A stretch of 64,000 nt of DNA, taken from Terrimicrobiaceae bacterium. Its GTDB lineage: Bacteria; Verrucomicrobiota; Verrucomicrobiia; Chthoniobacterales; Terrimicrobiaceae. Of the stretch, positions 28,371 through 38,906 are shown one piece after another. The notes under the pieces were generated by a model that saw only the letters and a list, made by a program, of their open reading frames with translations, searched no databases and was not told where the DNA came from. Position 1 is the stretch's first letter. Every line of letters begins with the position of its first letter. Position numbers and translations under genes: made by a program. The DNA lies in contig JBIIPZ010000001.1 of NCBI GenBank assembly GCA_044342325.1, forward strand, positions 64,001-128,000, in the 5' to 3' direction.

Positions 28371-29465
28371 CTAAGTTCCCAGAGTCTGGATAATGAGCGA
28401 ATGCCAACCAGTCGAATAAGTCTCATATCCGGGAGAGGTCGCCACCGCGAAGAGGGTGGGAATGCCGTGGTCTTCAGCGATGGTGAAGCCCTTTCCTTGG
28501 AGGATGAAGGATTCAAGGTGTGAAATGTTTACCCGGTCTTTCAGGATGGCATTTTTTGAGTCAGCCAAGATTGTTCCGGAAGGGTCTATTATGCAAACTC
28601 TTGAGACTTCTTTTTCGGAGGGCGATAGAGGCGTGCGGTGGACGATGGTCTGGGCGAGCGCTTCCCAGTTGAAGAGAATGCCCAAGACGCCGATCAATTC
28701 TCCATTCGGCTGTCCGTCGCGGCGGACTCCGCAGGAGTAGGCCAGAATGTGCTGTCCTTGGACCAATGGGGAGGCATGGACTGTTTCGAAGCCGAAATCA
28801 TCACCGCTTGCAGAGGTGCGAGCTTTGCGGAACCACTCGTTGGCCGCCACATTCATGCCGATGGATTTGTATTTTCCTGAGCGACCGTTTGCTATGACGG
28901 TTCCGTTGAGATCACACAACACGATGTCGTAATAAACGGTGTAGGCGTTCAAGATGACTCCCAAGCGTTCACAGGCATGGCGTGATGAGTCGGTGCCGGG
29001 GAAGGTGAGGGCATTGACCGCACTGGCATCGGTGGCCCACCAGCGGACATCGCAGGAGCGCTCGTAGAGGTTGCGGTCGATGAGATCTATGTTGGTAAGA
29101 GCGAGATCAACAAGGCGTCCACCGCGCACTACGGAATCCAAGCGGTCGCTGATTTCAGAGAGTTGCGTGATGTCATGCTTGGTTTCCTCGGCGAGGCCCT
29201 CAGCGACTTGTGCGGTATTGGTTGAGAGGTTTCCGATTTCATTGGCGACCACGGCGAAGGTGCGCCCTGCGTCACCGGCTTTGGCGGCTTGAATCTGCGC
29301 GTTGAAGGACAAAAGTCGAACGCGCATGTTGATGTCGTCGATTTGCCTCAGCGAGTTGTTCATCTTACTCGAAATGCTCTTGGAGAGGTGGCGGATGCTT
29401 TCGATCCACTTATCGAAGGAATCGGTTTTTGCCGGGTCGGAAGGTTGGATTTGTTGAGTTGCCAT
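28371..29465 (-). CDS. Soluble chemoreceptor-like protein: N-terminal MCP hairpin tip plus C-terminal Cache-like domain
   Basis: RLLSFNAQIQAAKAGDAGRTFAVVANEI near the N-terminus, then RNLYERSCDVRWWA and a Cache-like region; no TM. Confidence 0.85.
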   Translation of the reverse strand: MATQQIQPSDPAKTDSFDKWIESIRHLSKSISSKMNNSLRQIDDINMRVRLLSFNAQIQAAKAGDAGRTFAVVANEIGNLSTNTAQVAEGLAEETKHDITQLSEISDRLDSVVRGGRLVDLALTNIDLIDRNLYERSCDVRWWATDASAVNALTFPGTDSSRHACERLGVILNAYTVYYDIVLCDLNGTVIANGRSGKYKSIGMNVAANEWFRKARTSASGDDFGFETVHASPLVQGQHILAYSCGVRRDGQPNGELIGVLGILFNWEALAQTIVHRTPLSPSEKEVSRVCIIDPSGTILADSKNAILKDRVNISHLESFILQGKGFTIAEDHGIPTLFAVATSPGYETYSTGWHSLIIQTLGT

Positions 29466-29496
29466 AAGTATTAGGATTTTATTATTGAGCTAATTT

Positions 29497-30348
29497 TTAT
29501 TTCCTTCTGTAAAAGTAGGATCCGGCCACATTTTCCGTTGAAAAGAGATGCTGATGCGTGAAGAGGGATTCTGTTCCACCAAGCATGAGGTGTCCATTAG
29601 GTAAAATAACCTGCGCAAGTCGGGTGAAGAGGTCTTTTTTAAAATCTTCCTCGAAGTAAATGGCGACATTCCGGCAGAGCACTAAATCAAAAAGGCCCAG
29701 AATCGAGAGATCGTCTTGGAGGTTTCTTTTTTTGAATGTCACCATCGATCGAATCTCAGGCTTCAATGTCCATGTATTTCCGGGAGTGGATTCAAAGAAG
29801 TTGTTCTTCCAATAATCCGGCAGGCCGCGTGAGATTTCGAGTTGGCTGTAACGGCCGGCGGATGCCAAAAAAAGCGTTCCTGGGGAGATGTCGAAGCCAG
29901 TAATTTCAAACGATGAGAGGTTCACGCCGCCCAACATGCCAGAGGCCTTCAGTTTATGGAGAAGGAGGGCGATGGAGTAGGGCTCTTGGCCTGTGGAGCA
30001 GGCAGCGCTGAGGATACGAATGCGAGATTTTTTACCGGTCTGAAGAAGTTTTCCTAGTTCTGGAAGAATCGAATTTTCAAGTGATTCCCAAGGCCGCGTG
30101 TCGCGAAACCAGTAGGTCTCGTGGGTTGTCATGGAGTCGATGATTTTATCGCGCAGGCGGCCTGTGGCGTCCGCTTTCGCCATGCGTATGAACTCCGGAA
30201 TATCAGCGGCTCCGCTTTCGGCGATGATTTTGCCGAGGCGCGCCTCAAAGAGGTAGCGTTTTTCCTCGCCTAAGTGAATGCAGCAGGCTTGAGCAACATA
30301 TTCCGAGAGAAGTCCCAATTGGTTCGGGTTTTTAGAGAAATCAAACAT
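29497..30348 (-). CDS. cheR: Chemotaxis methyltransferase
   Basis: TTHETYWFRD, SAACSTGQEPYS, DLVLCRNVAIYF. Confidence 0.95.
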   Translation of the reverse strand: MFDFSKNPNQLGLLSEYVAQACCIHLGEEKRYLFEARLGKIIAESGAADIPEFIRMAKADATGRLRDKIIDSMTTHETYWFRDTRPWESLENSILPELGKLLQTGKKSRIRILSAACSTGQEPYSIALLLHKLKASGMLGGVNLSSFEITGFDISPGTLFLASAGRYSQLEISRGLPDYWKNNFFESTPGNTWTLKPEIRSMVTFKKRNLQDDLSILGLFDLVLCRNVAIYFEEDFKKDLFTRLAQVILPNGHLMLGGTESLFTHQHLFSTENVAGSYFYRRK

Positions 30349-30376
30349 ATGCCCAGAGATTTATCGCCCTTGATAA

Positions 30377-31435
30377 TTAAAGTCTGAAAAGTTTGTTAAT
30401 GCGGGGGCCGATTTCTTGAAGTGGCAAGATTTCGTTGCTCAAATGCCTCTGAGCAATGGCCTGAGGCATTCCATAAACTGTAGATGTTGCTGCATCCTGA
30501 GCGATGCACCACGTGGGCAATGCGTGTTGCAAGGTCGCTACGCCATCGGCTCCATCAGATCCCATCCCTGTGAGAATAATGGCAATAGCTCCGCGCAGGT
30601 TGCATTTGGCAGCGGAAGTGAAAAGAACATCCACCGAAGGGCGGCAAGATTGCACATGTGGGCTGCTAGTGATGCGGGTTTGAATTTTTCCTGCATCGTT
30701 TCGAAAGATTTCCAAGTGGAAGCCTCCCGGGGCTATGAGCACTTCTCCTGGTATGGGAATATCGCCGTTTGAAGCCTCTTTGATCGTAAGCCCGCTGATT
30801 TTGTCCAACTGCTCGGCCAAGGACTTGGTGAAAGTGGCGGGCATGTGTTGCACGAGCAAGATGGGAACCGGAAGCTTGGCCGAAATAATTGGAAGAACCG
30901 TGGAAAGGGCATTCGGCCCGCCAGTTGACACGCCTATGAGAACCAATTCAGGAAATGGCGGTGGTTGGAGGCGCTTGATCGGTGCCGCTGCCGTTGGACT
31001 GCTTGGCTCGGGAGCAGCATGCAAGGCCGAAGCCGAGGCGCCACGAAGGCGCGCCATCGTGGCAACTTTGCGAATATCTGCTTTAAGAGCCTCCATTCCA
31101 GACTCAAATGAGGAGCCTGAGGGTTTTGGAATGAAATCCATCGCTCCGTGAGACAGACAGCCGATCGTGATTTCTGCATCTCGGCCTGTGGCTCCGCTCA
31201 CCATGACCACCGGCAAACCGGGGTGGGACTGCTTAATTTTCTCGAGCGTTTGCGATCCGCTCATTTGATCCATGAAAACGTCCAGCAGAACAAGGTCGAA
31301 CTTTTCAGATTCGAGACGCTTGAGCGCCAGCTCGCCGCCCGAGACAGCTACGGTTTCCGCTCCCGGAACGCTTGAAGCAGCGTCCGAGAGAAGTTTCCGA
31401 TAAAGTGCTGAATCGTCAACGACAAGAATTCTCAT
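30377..31435 (-). CDS. cheB: Chemotaxis response regulator methylesterase
   Basis: REC domain plus GVSTGGP, VQHMP, RPSVD, LTGMGSDG. Confidence 0.95.
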   Translation of the reverse strand: MRILVVDDSALYRKLLSDAASSVPGAETVAVSGGELALKRLESEKFDLVLLDVFMDQMSGSQTLEKIKQSHPGLPVVMVSGATGRDAEITIGCLSHGAMDFIPKPSGSSFESGMEALKADIRKVATMARLRGASASALHAAPEPSSPTAAAPIKRLQPPPFPELVLIGVSTGGPNALSTVLPIISAKLPVPILLVQHMPATFTKSLAEQLDKISGLTIKEASNGDIPIPGEVLIAPGGFHLEIFRNDAGKIQTRITSSPHVQSCRPSVDVLFTSAAKCNLRGAIAIILTGMGSDGADGVATLQHALPTWCIAQDAATSTVYGMPQAIAQRHLSNEILPLQEIGPRINKLFRL

Positions 31436-31450
31436 GAAACAATGGCAGGG

Positions 31451-33535
31451 TTACAACTTGAATCGATTCACGAGTTGGCCGAGGGAACCGGCAAGGTGGC
31501 TCAGTTCCCCAGCGCTCGAGCTGATGCGCGAGGCTCCTTTGGCGGATTCGCTGGCGGCTTGGGAGACGCCGTTGATATTGCGTGAGACTTCATCCGCGCC
31601 GGCAGAGGCGTTCTTCACATTTTCGGACAGGCTCTTTGTGGAGGATGTCACATTGTGCAGTGAACGAACGATTTCTGATGTGGTCGCGGATTGTTCTTCG
31701 ACAGCTGCCGCAATGCTGGAAGCGATCTGGCTGACTTGTTCGATGACCTTGGCCACATCATCAATCGCTTCCATGGAATTTGAGGTATTTTCCTGGATGA
31801 GACTGACCTGAAGTCGGATGTCCTGAGTCGCTGCTGCAGACTGGCGGGCGAGTTCCTTGACCTCGTTGGCCACGACGGCGAATCCTCGACCGGCTTCACC
31901 GGCGCTGGCGGCTTCAATGGTTGCGTTGAGCGCCAACAGGTTTGTCTGCTCGGCGATTTGGTTGATGAGTTCTACGATTTTTCCGATCTGGCGCGCCGAT
32001 TCGTCGAGCTTGATCATAAGCTCGCGTGTCTGACGGGCTTGTGAATCCGCCTTGCGGGCGATTTCTGATTCTTGGGTGCAGTTGCGAGCTACCTCTTGGA
32101 TGGATGAGGACATTTCCTCCACGGCAGCGGCTACGGTGGTGGCGGATTGGCTGATCTCGCCGGCCGATGCTGTCATGGATTTGGAATTGATTGCAAGTTC
32201 TTCTCCTGCAGCAGCGACTGTATGGGCTTGCACATTGGTTTGCTCCGCGCCTGCGGCTTGCGAATTCGCGGTCTCGGTAAGGATCGAGGCGGATTCCGTC
32301 AGTGCTTCGGATGTATGCGTGATTTCCTGCACCATCTTGCGAAGGTTCTCGATGCAAGTATCCACCGAGTTGGCAAGAACGCCCACCTCATCACCGCGCT
32401 TGAGTTTGACGCTGCCACTCAGGTCGCCATCAGCCAGTTTTTTCACGGCTTGGGCGCATGCCACGATCGGTTTGCTAATCGAGCGACCGATGATCACTGC
32501 AGCGGCAAACATGAAGATAACGGCACAGATCGATATGGTCCAAGTGATTTCCACCACACGCTTGAGCAAGTCCTGCTCATGAACGCTCACAAGAACATGC
32601 CAATTGGCATTTGGGTATCCTAAAACGCCCTTGCTTCTGGCTGCGCCATAAACCGTCCACTCTTTGTGGATGGGATCAAATTCCCTGCCGATCGAGGAGG
32701 TTTTGGAAAGAATGTCTTTGGCGGCTTCTCTTCCTTCGGCAACAATGTTTTCGGTAAGAATGACTTTGGAATCTTTGATAAAATCTTCGCTTCCTGTGGC
32801 AGATGGGTCCAGTTTTCCGAGCACAAGGCCATGCTCGTTCAAAAGTGATATCTCAGTGGATAAAATTCCACTTTCCTTCATTTGAACGTAGGGTTTGTGT
32901 AAGATGTTTTCGACGAATGTCATGTCTGCAAAATTCTTCCAGACGCCCAAGAATTCTCCATTTTTCCCCGTGATCGGCGCAGCGAACCCGATGGTTTCGA
33001 ATTCTATGCCGAGGAGTTTATTGACATCTAGGTCTCGAGCCGGCTGGCCTACAACGGTGCCAGTCAAGGTATCCGATGCCGTGAAACGGCCTTGTTTGGC
33101 ATTGACAAACCAGTCTGCACCGGAAAAGTCTTTACCCAAAAGGTAGCTGGAGTCGATCGACTTTCCTAAAGCATCCAAAGAATTGACTGCAACAACCTTG
33201 CCATTTGCGTCAACGATGAGGCTGATCGGGTAGCACCCGTAGAGTCTCACATAGGTATTGATGGCCTCTGTAAGAGAAGAAGAGTCTTTTTCCTCACCGC
33301 CTAGAAAATTTTTGGCCACTGGGTTTGAGGCAAAGGCTTGCACATCACCATAGCGTTCGAAGAGATTTCGTTCGATGATTTCGATCGAGGCATCCGCATG
33401 GGCCAGAAGTTGTTTCTTGGAAAAGTCGGCGATGCGGTTGGCGGAGTTCAGGCCAAAGATGGTCAATGCCATCACTGGAATCAGGCCACCTATGGCCATG
33501 CTGATGATAAGCCGTGTTGAGAGGTTGATTTTCAT
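31451..33535 (-). CDS. Transmembrane methyl-accepting chemotaxis protein (Cache-HAMP-MCP signal)
   Basis: Two TMs, [14 protein letters not shown] sensor motif, HAMP (GDEVGVL), [31 protein letters not shown]. Confidence 0.95.
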   Translation of the reverse strand: MKINLSTRLIISMAIGGLIPVMALTIFGLNSANRIADFSKKQLLAHADASIEIIERNLFERYGDVQAFASNPVAKNFLGGEEKDSSSLTEAINTYVRLYGCYPISLIVDANGKVVAVNSLDALGKSIDSSYLLGKDFSGADWFVNAKQGRFTASDTLTGTVVGQPARDLDVNKLLGIEFETIGFAAPITGKNGEFLGVWKNFADMTFVENILHKPYVQMKESGILSTEISLLNEHGLVLGKLDPSATGSEDFIKDSKVILTENIVAEGREAAKDILSKTSSIGREFDPIHKEWTVYGAARSKGVLGYPNANWHVLVSVHEQDLLKRVVEITWTISICAVIFMFAAAVIIGRSISKPIVACAQAVKKLADGDLSGSVKLKRGDEVGVLANSVDTCIENLRKMVQEITHTSEALTESASILTETANSQAAGAEQTNVQAHTVAAAGEELAINSKSMTASAGEISQSATTVAAAVEEMSSSIQEVARNCTQESEIARKADSQARQTRELMIKLDESARQIGKIVELINQIAEQTNLLALNATIEAASAGEAGRGFAVVANEVKELARQSAAATQDIRLQVSLIQENTSNSMEAIDDVAKVIEQVSQIASSIAAAVEEQSATTSEIVRSLHNVTSSTKSLSENVKNASAGADEVSRNINGVSQAASESAKGASRISSSAGELSHLAGSLGQLVNRFKL

Positions 33536-33541
33536 GGTATT

Positions 33542-36313
33542 TTAATTGGTGAGAGTTGCTGCTTCTTTGGTGTTTGGTAGCTGGGTCATGTGGTGCTGGG
33601 GGTGGCCTGGCTGCTGCTGCGAGTTCGCCGTGAGCATGAAATGGCCTTGAGCGAAGAGTGATGTCTCGTCTCCGCCTGCGCTGAGCATTTCCGCGATCGC
33701 GTCGAAATCCAGGACCAGTGAAAGGCGATCCGATAGGACAGCGCTGCCCCTAAGTCCTCTGGCTCTGAATGTTGCTTTGTCGATTTGGTCTTCTGAGAGA
33801 TCGGCGGAGTCGACAATGCGGGAGGCGACAATGCTTAATCCATCGAATGGTGGCCTTGGCACAATGAGGAAGAATTCCTCTGCGCGTTGGGTCTGTGGCT
33901 TGATAGGGATAAGATCCGAGAGTTGGACCAATCGCAGCGTGGAGTCGTGGTTCTTGCGGAGGCAATCCATCGAGCCGATGCGCTCGATGTCGGAGGCTTT
34001 GACGGATTCGACGCGCATGACTTTTTTGAGGTGGATGGCGAGGAATTCGCCATCGGTCTCCTGAAAAATAAGCACGCGCTCGGAAGTAGAGTCGGAAAGA
34101 GCGACTTCGCTTGATTTCGAGGCGTTGAGAGCCAATTGAGAGGCTGAAATCCTGCCTTGAGCCATGGAATTCGGGTCCAGAATCATGGCGATTTCACCCT
34201 GACCTAATATCGTGGCTCCTGTATAATAAGGCACGGAGCGAAGATGGCGGCCGAGAGGTTTGACCACGATTTCCTCGTTGCTGATAATTTCATTAACGAT
34301 CAGGCCGTAGGAAACATGGTCCAATCTCAGAACGACCACGAAGTTTTCTTGTTTGGCATTCTCCCGGGGAGGGTGGCCCAAAAGGTCGGAGAGATCCACG
34401 ACGGGAAGGAGTTGTCCTCGCAGCTCAAGCACGCGTGCACCGCCCATGGATTTGAGCGGGTATTCCTCTCCAGGGTGCACGATTTCATCCACATTGATCT
34501 GAGGCAGTGCATAGTTTGTGCCTCGGCAGCCAACGATCAGGGCGGGAACGATCGCCAGTGTGAGCGGGAGGCGAATAATGATGCGGGTGCCCTGGCCCAA
34601 GCGGCTGTCAAGTTCCACATGGCCACCGAGTTTCTCGATGTTGGTTTTCACCACATCCATGCCAACGCCACGGCCTGAGATGTCACTGACTGCCGCAGCT
34701 GTGGAAAAACCAGCGGCGAAGATTAATTGGAGGGCGTCGGAGTCCGTCATGCGGGCGGCTTGATCGGCGGTGAGGATCCCTTTTTCGATAGCTTTTGATT
34801 TGAGGCGCTCGGGATCCATGCCGCCGCCATCGTCGAGGACCTCGATCTGGACGCGCCCAGCGAGGTGCGCAGCCGAGAGACGAATGGTTCCGCAGGAGCT
34901 TTTGCCTTTGGCTGTCCGATTTGCCGGGGCTTCGATACCGTGATCGACGCTGTTCCTCACAAGGTGGGTGAGGGGGTCGGAAAGGCCTTCCAGAAGGGTG
35001 CGGTCGAGTTCCACATCGTCGCCGAAAATTTCGAGCTGGATTTCCTTGTTCAGCTTGTGGCTGAGATCGCGGACGATGCGTGTGAATTTCCCAAAAAGAC
35101 CACCGACTGGCTGCAGGCGGGCTCGCATGATCGTATCCTGAAGATTGGAAGTCACCGAGCTGATCTCTTGCACCACGGATTGCATCTGGGAATTGTCAGG
35201 GCCATTATCCGAGCGGCCGGCTATCCGCAGGAGTCGGTTGCGGCCGAGAACCATTTCGCCCGCCAGATTCATGAGCGAGTCGAGAAGGCCGACACTGATG
35301 CGAATGGTTTCCTCGGGTTTGCGTCTGGCAGCTGCAACGGGCTTGGGATCAATCTGGGTGGCGGCTGGCTCCGCAGGTTGAGGCGCGATGGCGGGGACCG
35401 TCGGCGAGGTCGGCACGATGCTTTGAGATACGACAACCTCTGGAGTCGTTTCCTCAATCTCTTGCGACTCGTCCACGATAGGAGAGGTTTTTTCAGTTGG
35501 AGCAGTTTTTACCCATTCGCCCAGTTTGGATGATTCGATCTGGTGGATGTTTTCATCGCCCAGGCCGAGTGCACCACAGAGGATAAATGGCTCCAAGGCC
35601 GTTACAAAAAAGAAGCGGCAAGAGACATCGGCCTCTGCACAGTTCGAAAGAGTGACATGATCCGGTAGTGAGGCTTCGGTGCCTATGAGCGTGCCGAGGG
35701 ATGTTAGCTCTGATACAAAGTGCTCAAGGGTCTGTGCTTGAGATTCGATCTCTTTTTCCAATCCTGCTTGCACGATGTAGAAGTTTTGGCCGTGCTTCAG
35801 CCCATCCAAAAGATCATCCGGATGAAAATCAAATCTCGCAAGTTCCCTATCAAGGACGGAATCCGATTTTTTTTCAGGAAGTTTTGGGGCCGGTGTTTCG
35901 GCGCCGCTTGCGGCAGCCGACGAGGCCCCCGAGGAAGTGCCGTCGAGAATGGCTTGGAGGCCTGCAATCTCGCCTTCACAGGCGATTTCTATGGCCCTTT
36001 CCGGGTTGCCGAGCATGAGGTTCAGTTTGTCCGAGGTCGAGATGAGCAGGCTGACCATAGGCTGGTCGGCCTTAAGAACTGCATCCCGCAGGAGCGACAT
36101 CACGCTCTCCATCACATGGGCGAGCTTGACGATGGGGTCGAAGCCAAAGAAGCCGGCGCCGCCCTTGAGGCTGTGAACAGATCGGAAAATGCTGTTCAGT
36201 AGGGCATTGTCCGTTGGATTCGACTCGAGGGCCATCAAATCCGTTTCAAGGGTCTGCAAGTGCTCGCTGGACTCTTGAACAAAAAGATCGAGCATTTCCT
36301 GATCGGCACTCAT
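33542..36313 (-). CDS. cheA: Chemotaxis histidine kinase with two C-terminal CheW-like domains
   Basis: Hpt FRSVHSLKG, HLVRNSVDHGIE, DDGGGMD, SGRGVGMDVV, P5 domain and an extra CheW-like domain. Confidence 0.95.
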   Translation of the reverse strand: MSADQEMLDLFVQESSEHLQTLETDLMALESNPTDNALLNSIFRSVHSLKGGAGFFGFDPIVKLAHVMESVMSLLRDAVLKADQPMVSLLISTSDKLNLMLGNPERAIEIACEGEIAGLQAILDGTSSGASSAAASGAETPAPKLPEKKSDSVLDRELARFDFHPDDLLDGLKHGQNFYIVQAGLEKEIESQAQTLEHFVSELTSLGTLIGTEASLPDHVTLSNCAEADVSCRFFFVTALEPFILCGALGLGDENIHQIESSKLGEWVKTAPTEKTSPIVDESQEIEETTPEVVVSQSIVPTSPTVPAIAPQPAEPAATQIDPKPVAAARRKPEETIRISVGLLDSLMNLAGEMVLGRNRLLRIAGRSDNGPDNSQMQSVVQEISSVTSNLQDTIMRARLQPVGGLFGKFTRIVRDLSHKLNKEIQLEIFGDDVELDRTLLEGLSDPLTHLVRNSVDHGIEAPANRTAKGKSSCGTIRLSAAHLAGRVQIEVLDDGGGMDPERLKSKAIEKGILTADQAARMTDSDALQLIFAAGFSTAAAVSDISGRGVGMDVVKTNIEKLGGHVELDSRLGQGTRIIIRLPLTLAIVPALIVGCRGTNYALPQINVDEIVHPGEEYPLKSMGGARVLELRGQLLPVVDLSDLLGHPPRENAKQENFVVVLRLDHVSYGLIVNEIISNEEIVVKPLGRHLRSVPYYTGATILGQGEIAMILDPNSMAQGRISASQLALNASKSSEVALSDSTSERVLIFQETDGEFLAIHLKKVMRVESVKASDIERIGSMDCLRKNHDSTLRLVQLSDLIPIKPQTQRAEEFFLIVPRPPFDGLSIVASRIVDSADLSEDQIDKATFRARGLRGSAVLSDRLSLVLDFDAIAEMLSAGGDETSLFAQGHFMLTANSQQQPGHPQHHMTQLPNTKEAATLTN

Positions 36314-36627
36314 TCGGCGTCCTCCTGGGTTATGATGGACATGCGGCGTTTAAGATTGAACACATTCAGAAATTGTTTCGCCTCCGGCGAGGCTTGGATT
36401 TTCAGGGCAAGTCCCCGGTTTTGACATTCCTGAGCCAGGGTAAGTAGAATCTTGATCGTTCCCGAGTCGAAGCTGGCGGTCTCTGAGAGGTCGAGTTCGA
36501 CTGTGCTTGCGCCATCCGCCTTTTCGAGTGCCTTCTGGAGCTGTGGGGCGGCTTTGACGGCGGTCGAGACGTTCAACTCAAGACCAGGCGTGATCTTGAA
36601 GATGCCTTTTTGGTTCTTCGTTTTCAT
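36310..36627 (-). CDS. STAS-domain (anti-anti-sigma-like) protein
   Basis: VELDLSETASFDSGTIKILL; 105 aa; overlaps cheW and cheA by 4 nt. Confidence 0.85.
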   Translation of the reverse strand: MKTKNQKGIFKITPGLELNVSTAVKAAPQLQKALEKADGASTVELDLSETASFDSGTIKILLTLAQECQNRGLALKIQASPEAKQFLNVFNLKRRMSIITQEDAE

Positions 36628-37157
36628 GCCGAGTGGTTTTTCTTAAGCTCCGACATGGACACAAGGTTGCCGATTTGCAGCACGGTGGTGAGGGTGTCTT
36701 GAGAGCTGATAACTCCGGCGATGAACCGGGTATCCAAACCGCTGAGTGCCTCTGGAGGAGGTGGCAGAACCTTTGTTTCAGGCGGTAGGATGTCTCCAAT
36801 GGCGTCGACGAGCAGGCCGGTTGGGTCGGCGTCCGCCAGCTCATGGTCTTCGGGTGGGTGGGGAAGGCGCACCAGGTCGTTTGTTGTCTTGAAAAAGATG
36901 CAGCGGCTCGAGGGGCGGTTTTCAGGGATGGGGTGGCCGAGGCGTTCCTCCAAGTCGAGAGCCGTTAAAATCTGGCCTCTCAAGTGCACGACGCCGCGCA
37001 CATAGGAGGAAGCCAGTTTGACAGGAGTCACGGATGGGCAGCGCAGGACTTCTTTAACCCAGAGAAGGTCACAAGCGTATTGCCGGCCGCAGGAAGTGAA
37101 TCCCAGCCATTGCGATTCTCTGGATAAGGGTCCTGCTTTTGCGAGGCTAAGATTCAC
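36624..37157 (-). CDS. cheW: Chemotaxis adaptor
   Basis: VKEVL, YVRGVVHLRGQILTALDL, GLLVDAIGDI. Confidence 0.9.
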   Translation of the reverse strand: MNLSLAKAGPLSRESQWLGFTSCGRQYACDLLWVKEVLRCPSVTPVKLASSYVRGVVHLRGQILTALDLEERLGHPIPENRPSSRCIFFKTTNDLVRLPHPPEDHELADADPTGLLVDAIGDILPPETKVLPPPPEALSGLDTRFIAGVISSQDTLTTVLQIGNLVSMSELKKNHSA

Positions 37158-37181
37158 TTAAGATATGGTGAGGGTTGATCG

Positions 37182-38399
37182 TTAAAACGCCTTTTTAGCG
37201 GCGTCTCGATTTGGGTAAATATCCAGCGTGGTCTGGCCCTCAAATGGATTCTTAATATCTTTGAACGCAGCCACTTTTTGGTTGCTTGCAACGAGTGTGG
37301 GCAGGGTGAAGATGTCATCATCCGATCCCACGATGCGCCACGCGATATCCAAGGCCTTTGCTTCGACAAGGATGCATGCGATGGCTCGGAGCAATGGGAT
37401 TTCAAATTTTTTGACCCCAGTCAGATCCATGATGAGTTTGTTGTGTCCGGAGTTTACGAGGCCGGAAAGTCTGGCGCGGGAATAGCGAACAAGGTCGAGC
37501 GACCCGATCTCACTCAGATCCTCCGGCATGGAGACAACGAGAGCATCCTCGTCCATACTGTAGAAGAGCGGCGTGTTATCCAAATCCATGGCGCGGACTA
37601 AGCGGTCTGGAAGCTCTTTCAGGTCGAGAGGTTTCGTGATGCTGCCAACAAATCCTGTATCTTTCGCATTGTTTTGCTCGAAAGTTGCTGTTTTGACACA
37701 GAGACCCATAAGCGGCACCTTGCTCAATGCGGGATTCGAGCGCACGGTTGCGTAGAAGGTCAGGGCTGCTTTGTTAGGGTAAGCGAGGCTTATCAGAATG
37801 ATGTCGGGTGTATTTTCAACTGGCACCGAGGAGGCGACTTCTGCAGCCGCTTCGGTCGGACTTGCACTGCCCACGACTTTCCAACCGCGATTTGAAACCG
37901 CTTTTTGGATGGACTCGATGATGGCCGGGTGCTCGTCAACAACGAGGATTTTTAGAGCATCCGTCACGGATTTCTGTTTCTTGCCGGGTCCTGCTGCGAC
38001 CGCAGCTGGTGCTGCAGCTCCCTTGTGTTTGAGGTCCACCAGCTTTGATACGCGGTCAACGACGTTTGCTTCTGTGAAGGGTTTGACGATGTAGTCGCGG
38101 ACACCCATTTTGGCGATCTTGAGCACATTCTCTTTGCCTGCCTCGGCAGTGAGCATGATAACTGGAATGTCTTTGAGTGCCGGGTCTGCTTTGAGTTTCC
38201 CGAGGCATTCCACGCCGTCCATGACAGGCATGGTCACATCGAGAAGAATGACATCTGGTTTTTCATTGGCGGCTACTTCCAGGCCTTCGGCTCCATTGTT
38301 GGCGAACAGCATTTGGACATCATAAGGTGCAAAGCCTTTGTTGATAAGGGTGTGGATCATTCGACTGTCGTCGACGCTAAGAATTTTAGGTGAGCTCAT
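37182..38399 (-). CDS. Response regulator, REC-pseudoREC-STAS-like
   Basis: REC1 LLDVTMPVMDG; REC2 has ILISLAYP (no phospho-Asp); C-terminal KLIMDLTGV STAS-like region. Confidence 0.8.
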   Translation of the reverse strand: MSSPKILSVDDSRMIHTLINKGFAPYDVQMLFANNGAEGLEVAANEKPDVILLDVTMPVMDGVECLGKLKADPALKDIPVIMLTAEAGKENVLKIAKMGVRDYIVKPFTEANVVDRVSKLVDLKHKGAAAPAAVAAGPGKKQKSVTDALKILVVDEHPAIIESIQKAVSNRGWKVVGSASPTEAAAEVASSVPVENTPDIILISLAYPNKAALTFYATVRSNPALSKVPLMGLCVKTATFEQNNAKDTGFVGSITKPLDLKELPDRLVRAMDLDNTPLFYSMDEDALVVSMPEDLSEIGSLDLVRYSRARLSGLVNSGHNKLIMDLTGVKKFEIPLLRAIACILVEAKALDIAWRIVGSDDDIFTLPTLVASNQKVAAFKDIKNPFEGQTTLDIYPNRDAAKKAF

Positions 38400-38414
38400 A
38401 GATAGAAGAAAAAG

Positions 38415-38906
38415 TTAGTGTTCCAATGCGGCAAAAGCTTGAACAACCAAGCTGCCGGGGCAGTCCTCGATCGTGTAGTCGTTCCGAACGCTAACGGAGG
38501 CTGTCTTTGCCGAGACCCTGATATCATCGCCCTTTACGACGCTGGGAATGCTGAGGCTGCAATTGAAACCTGAATCGCACAGCTGGGACTTGAGGTTTCC
38601 CGTGATCATGTTTGTGAGTTCTGCAACGACATCTGAAACATCTTGGTCGCTGGCGCTTCCTCCGAGGATTTTTTCTGCCACGCACTGCGCCAGATCATAA
38701 GAAAAAGCGGTATAAACCATGCCGTTGACTTTTCCGCTCAGGCCGATGGAACCAGTCACGCCGACCAAACTTGCAGGCTGTGGTGCGTTTTCATTTCCCG
38801 TTCCAGGTTTGGCCGTGACACCTACCATGGTCTGCATGACCTCTGGAACATATCGGTTAAGAGTTGCTAAAAATAATTCGCCACCGGGCACGTTATAGTT
38901 TGACAT
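38415..38906 (-). CDS. cheX: CheX phosphatase
   Basis: VTGSIGLSG, DVVAELTNMITG (ExxN), SIPSVVKG. Confidence 0.9.
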   Translation of the reverse strand: MSNYNVPGGELFLATLNRYVPEVMQTMVGVTAKPGTGNENAPQPASLVGVTGSIGLSGKVNGMVYTAFSYDLAQCVAEKILGGSASDQDVSDVVAELTNMITGNLKSQLCDSGFNCSLSIPSVVKGDDIRVSAKTASVSVRNDYTIEDCPGSLVVQAFAALEH

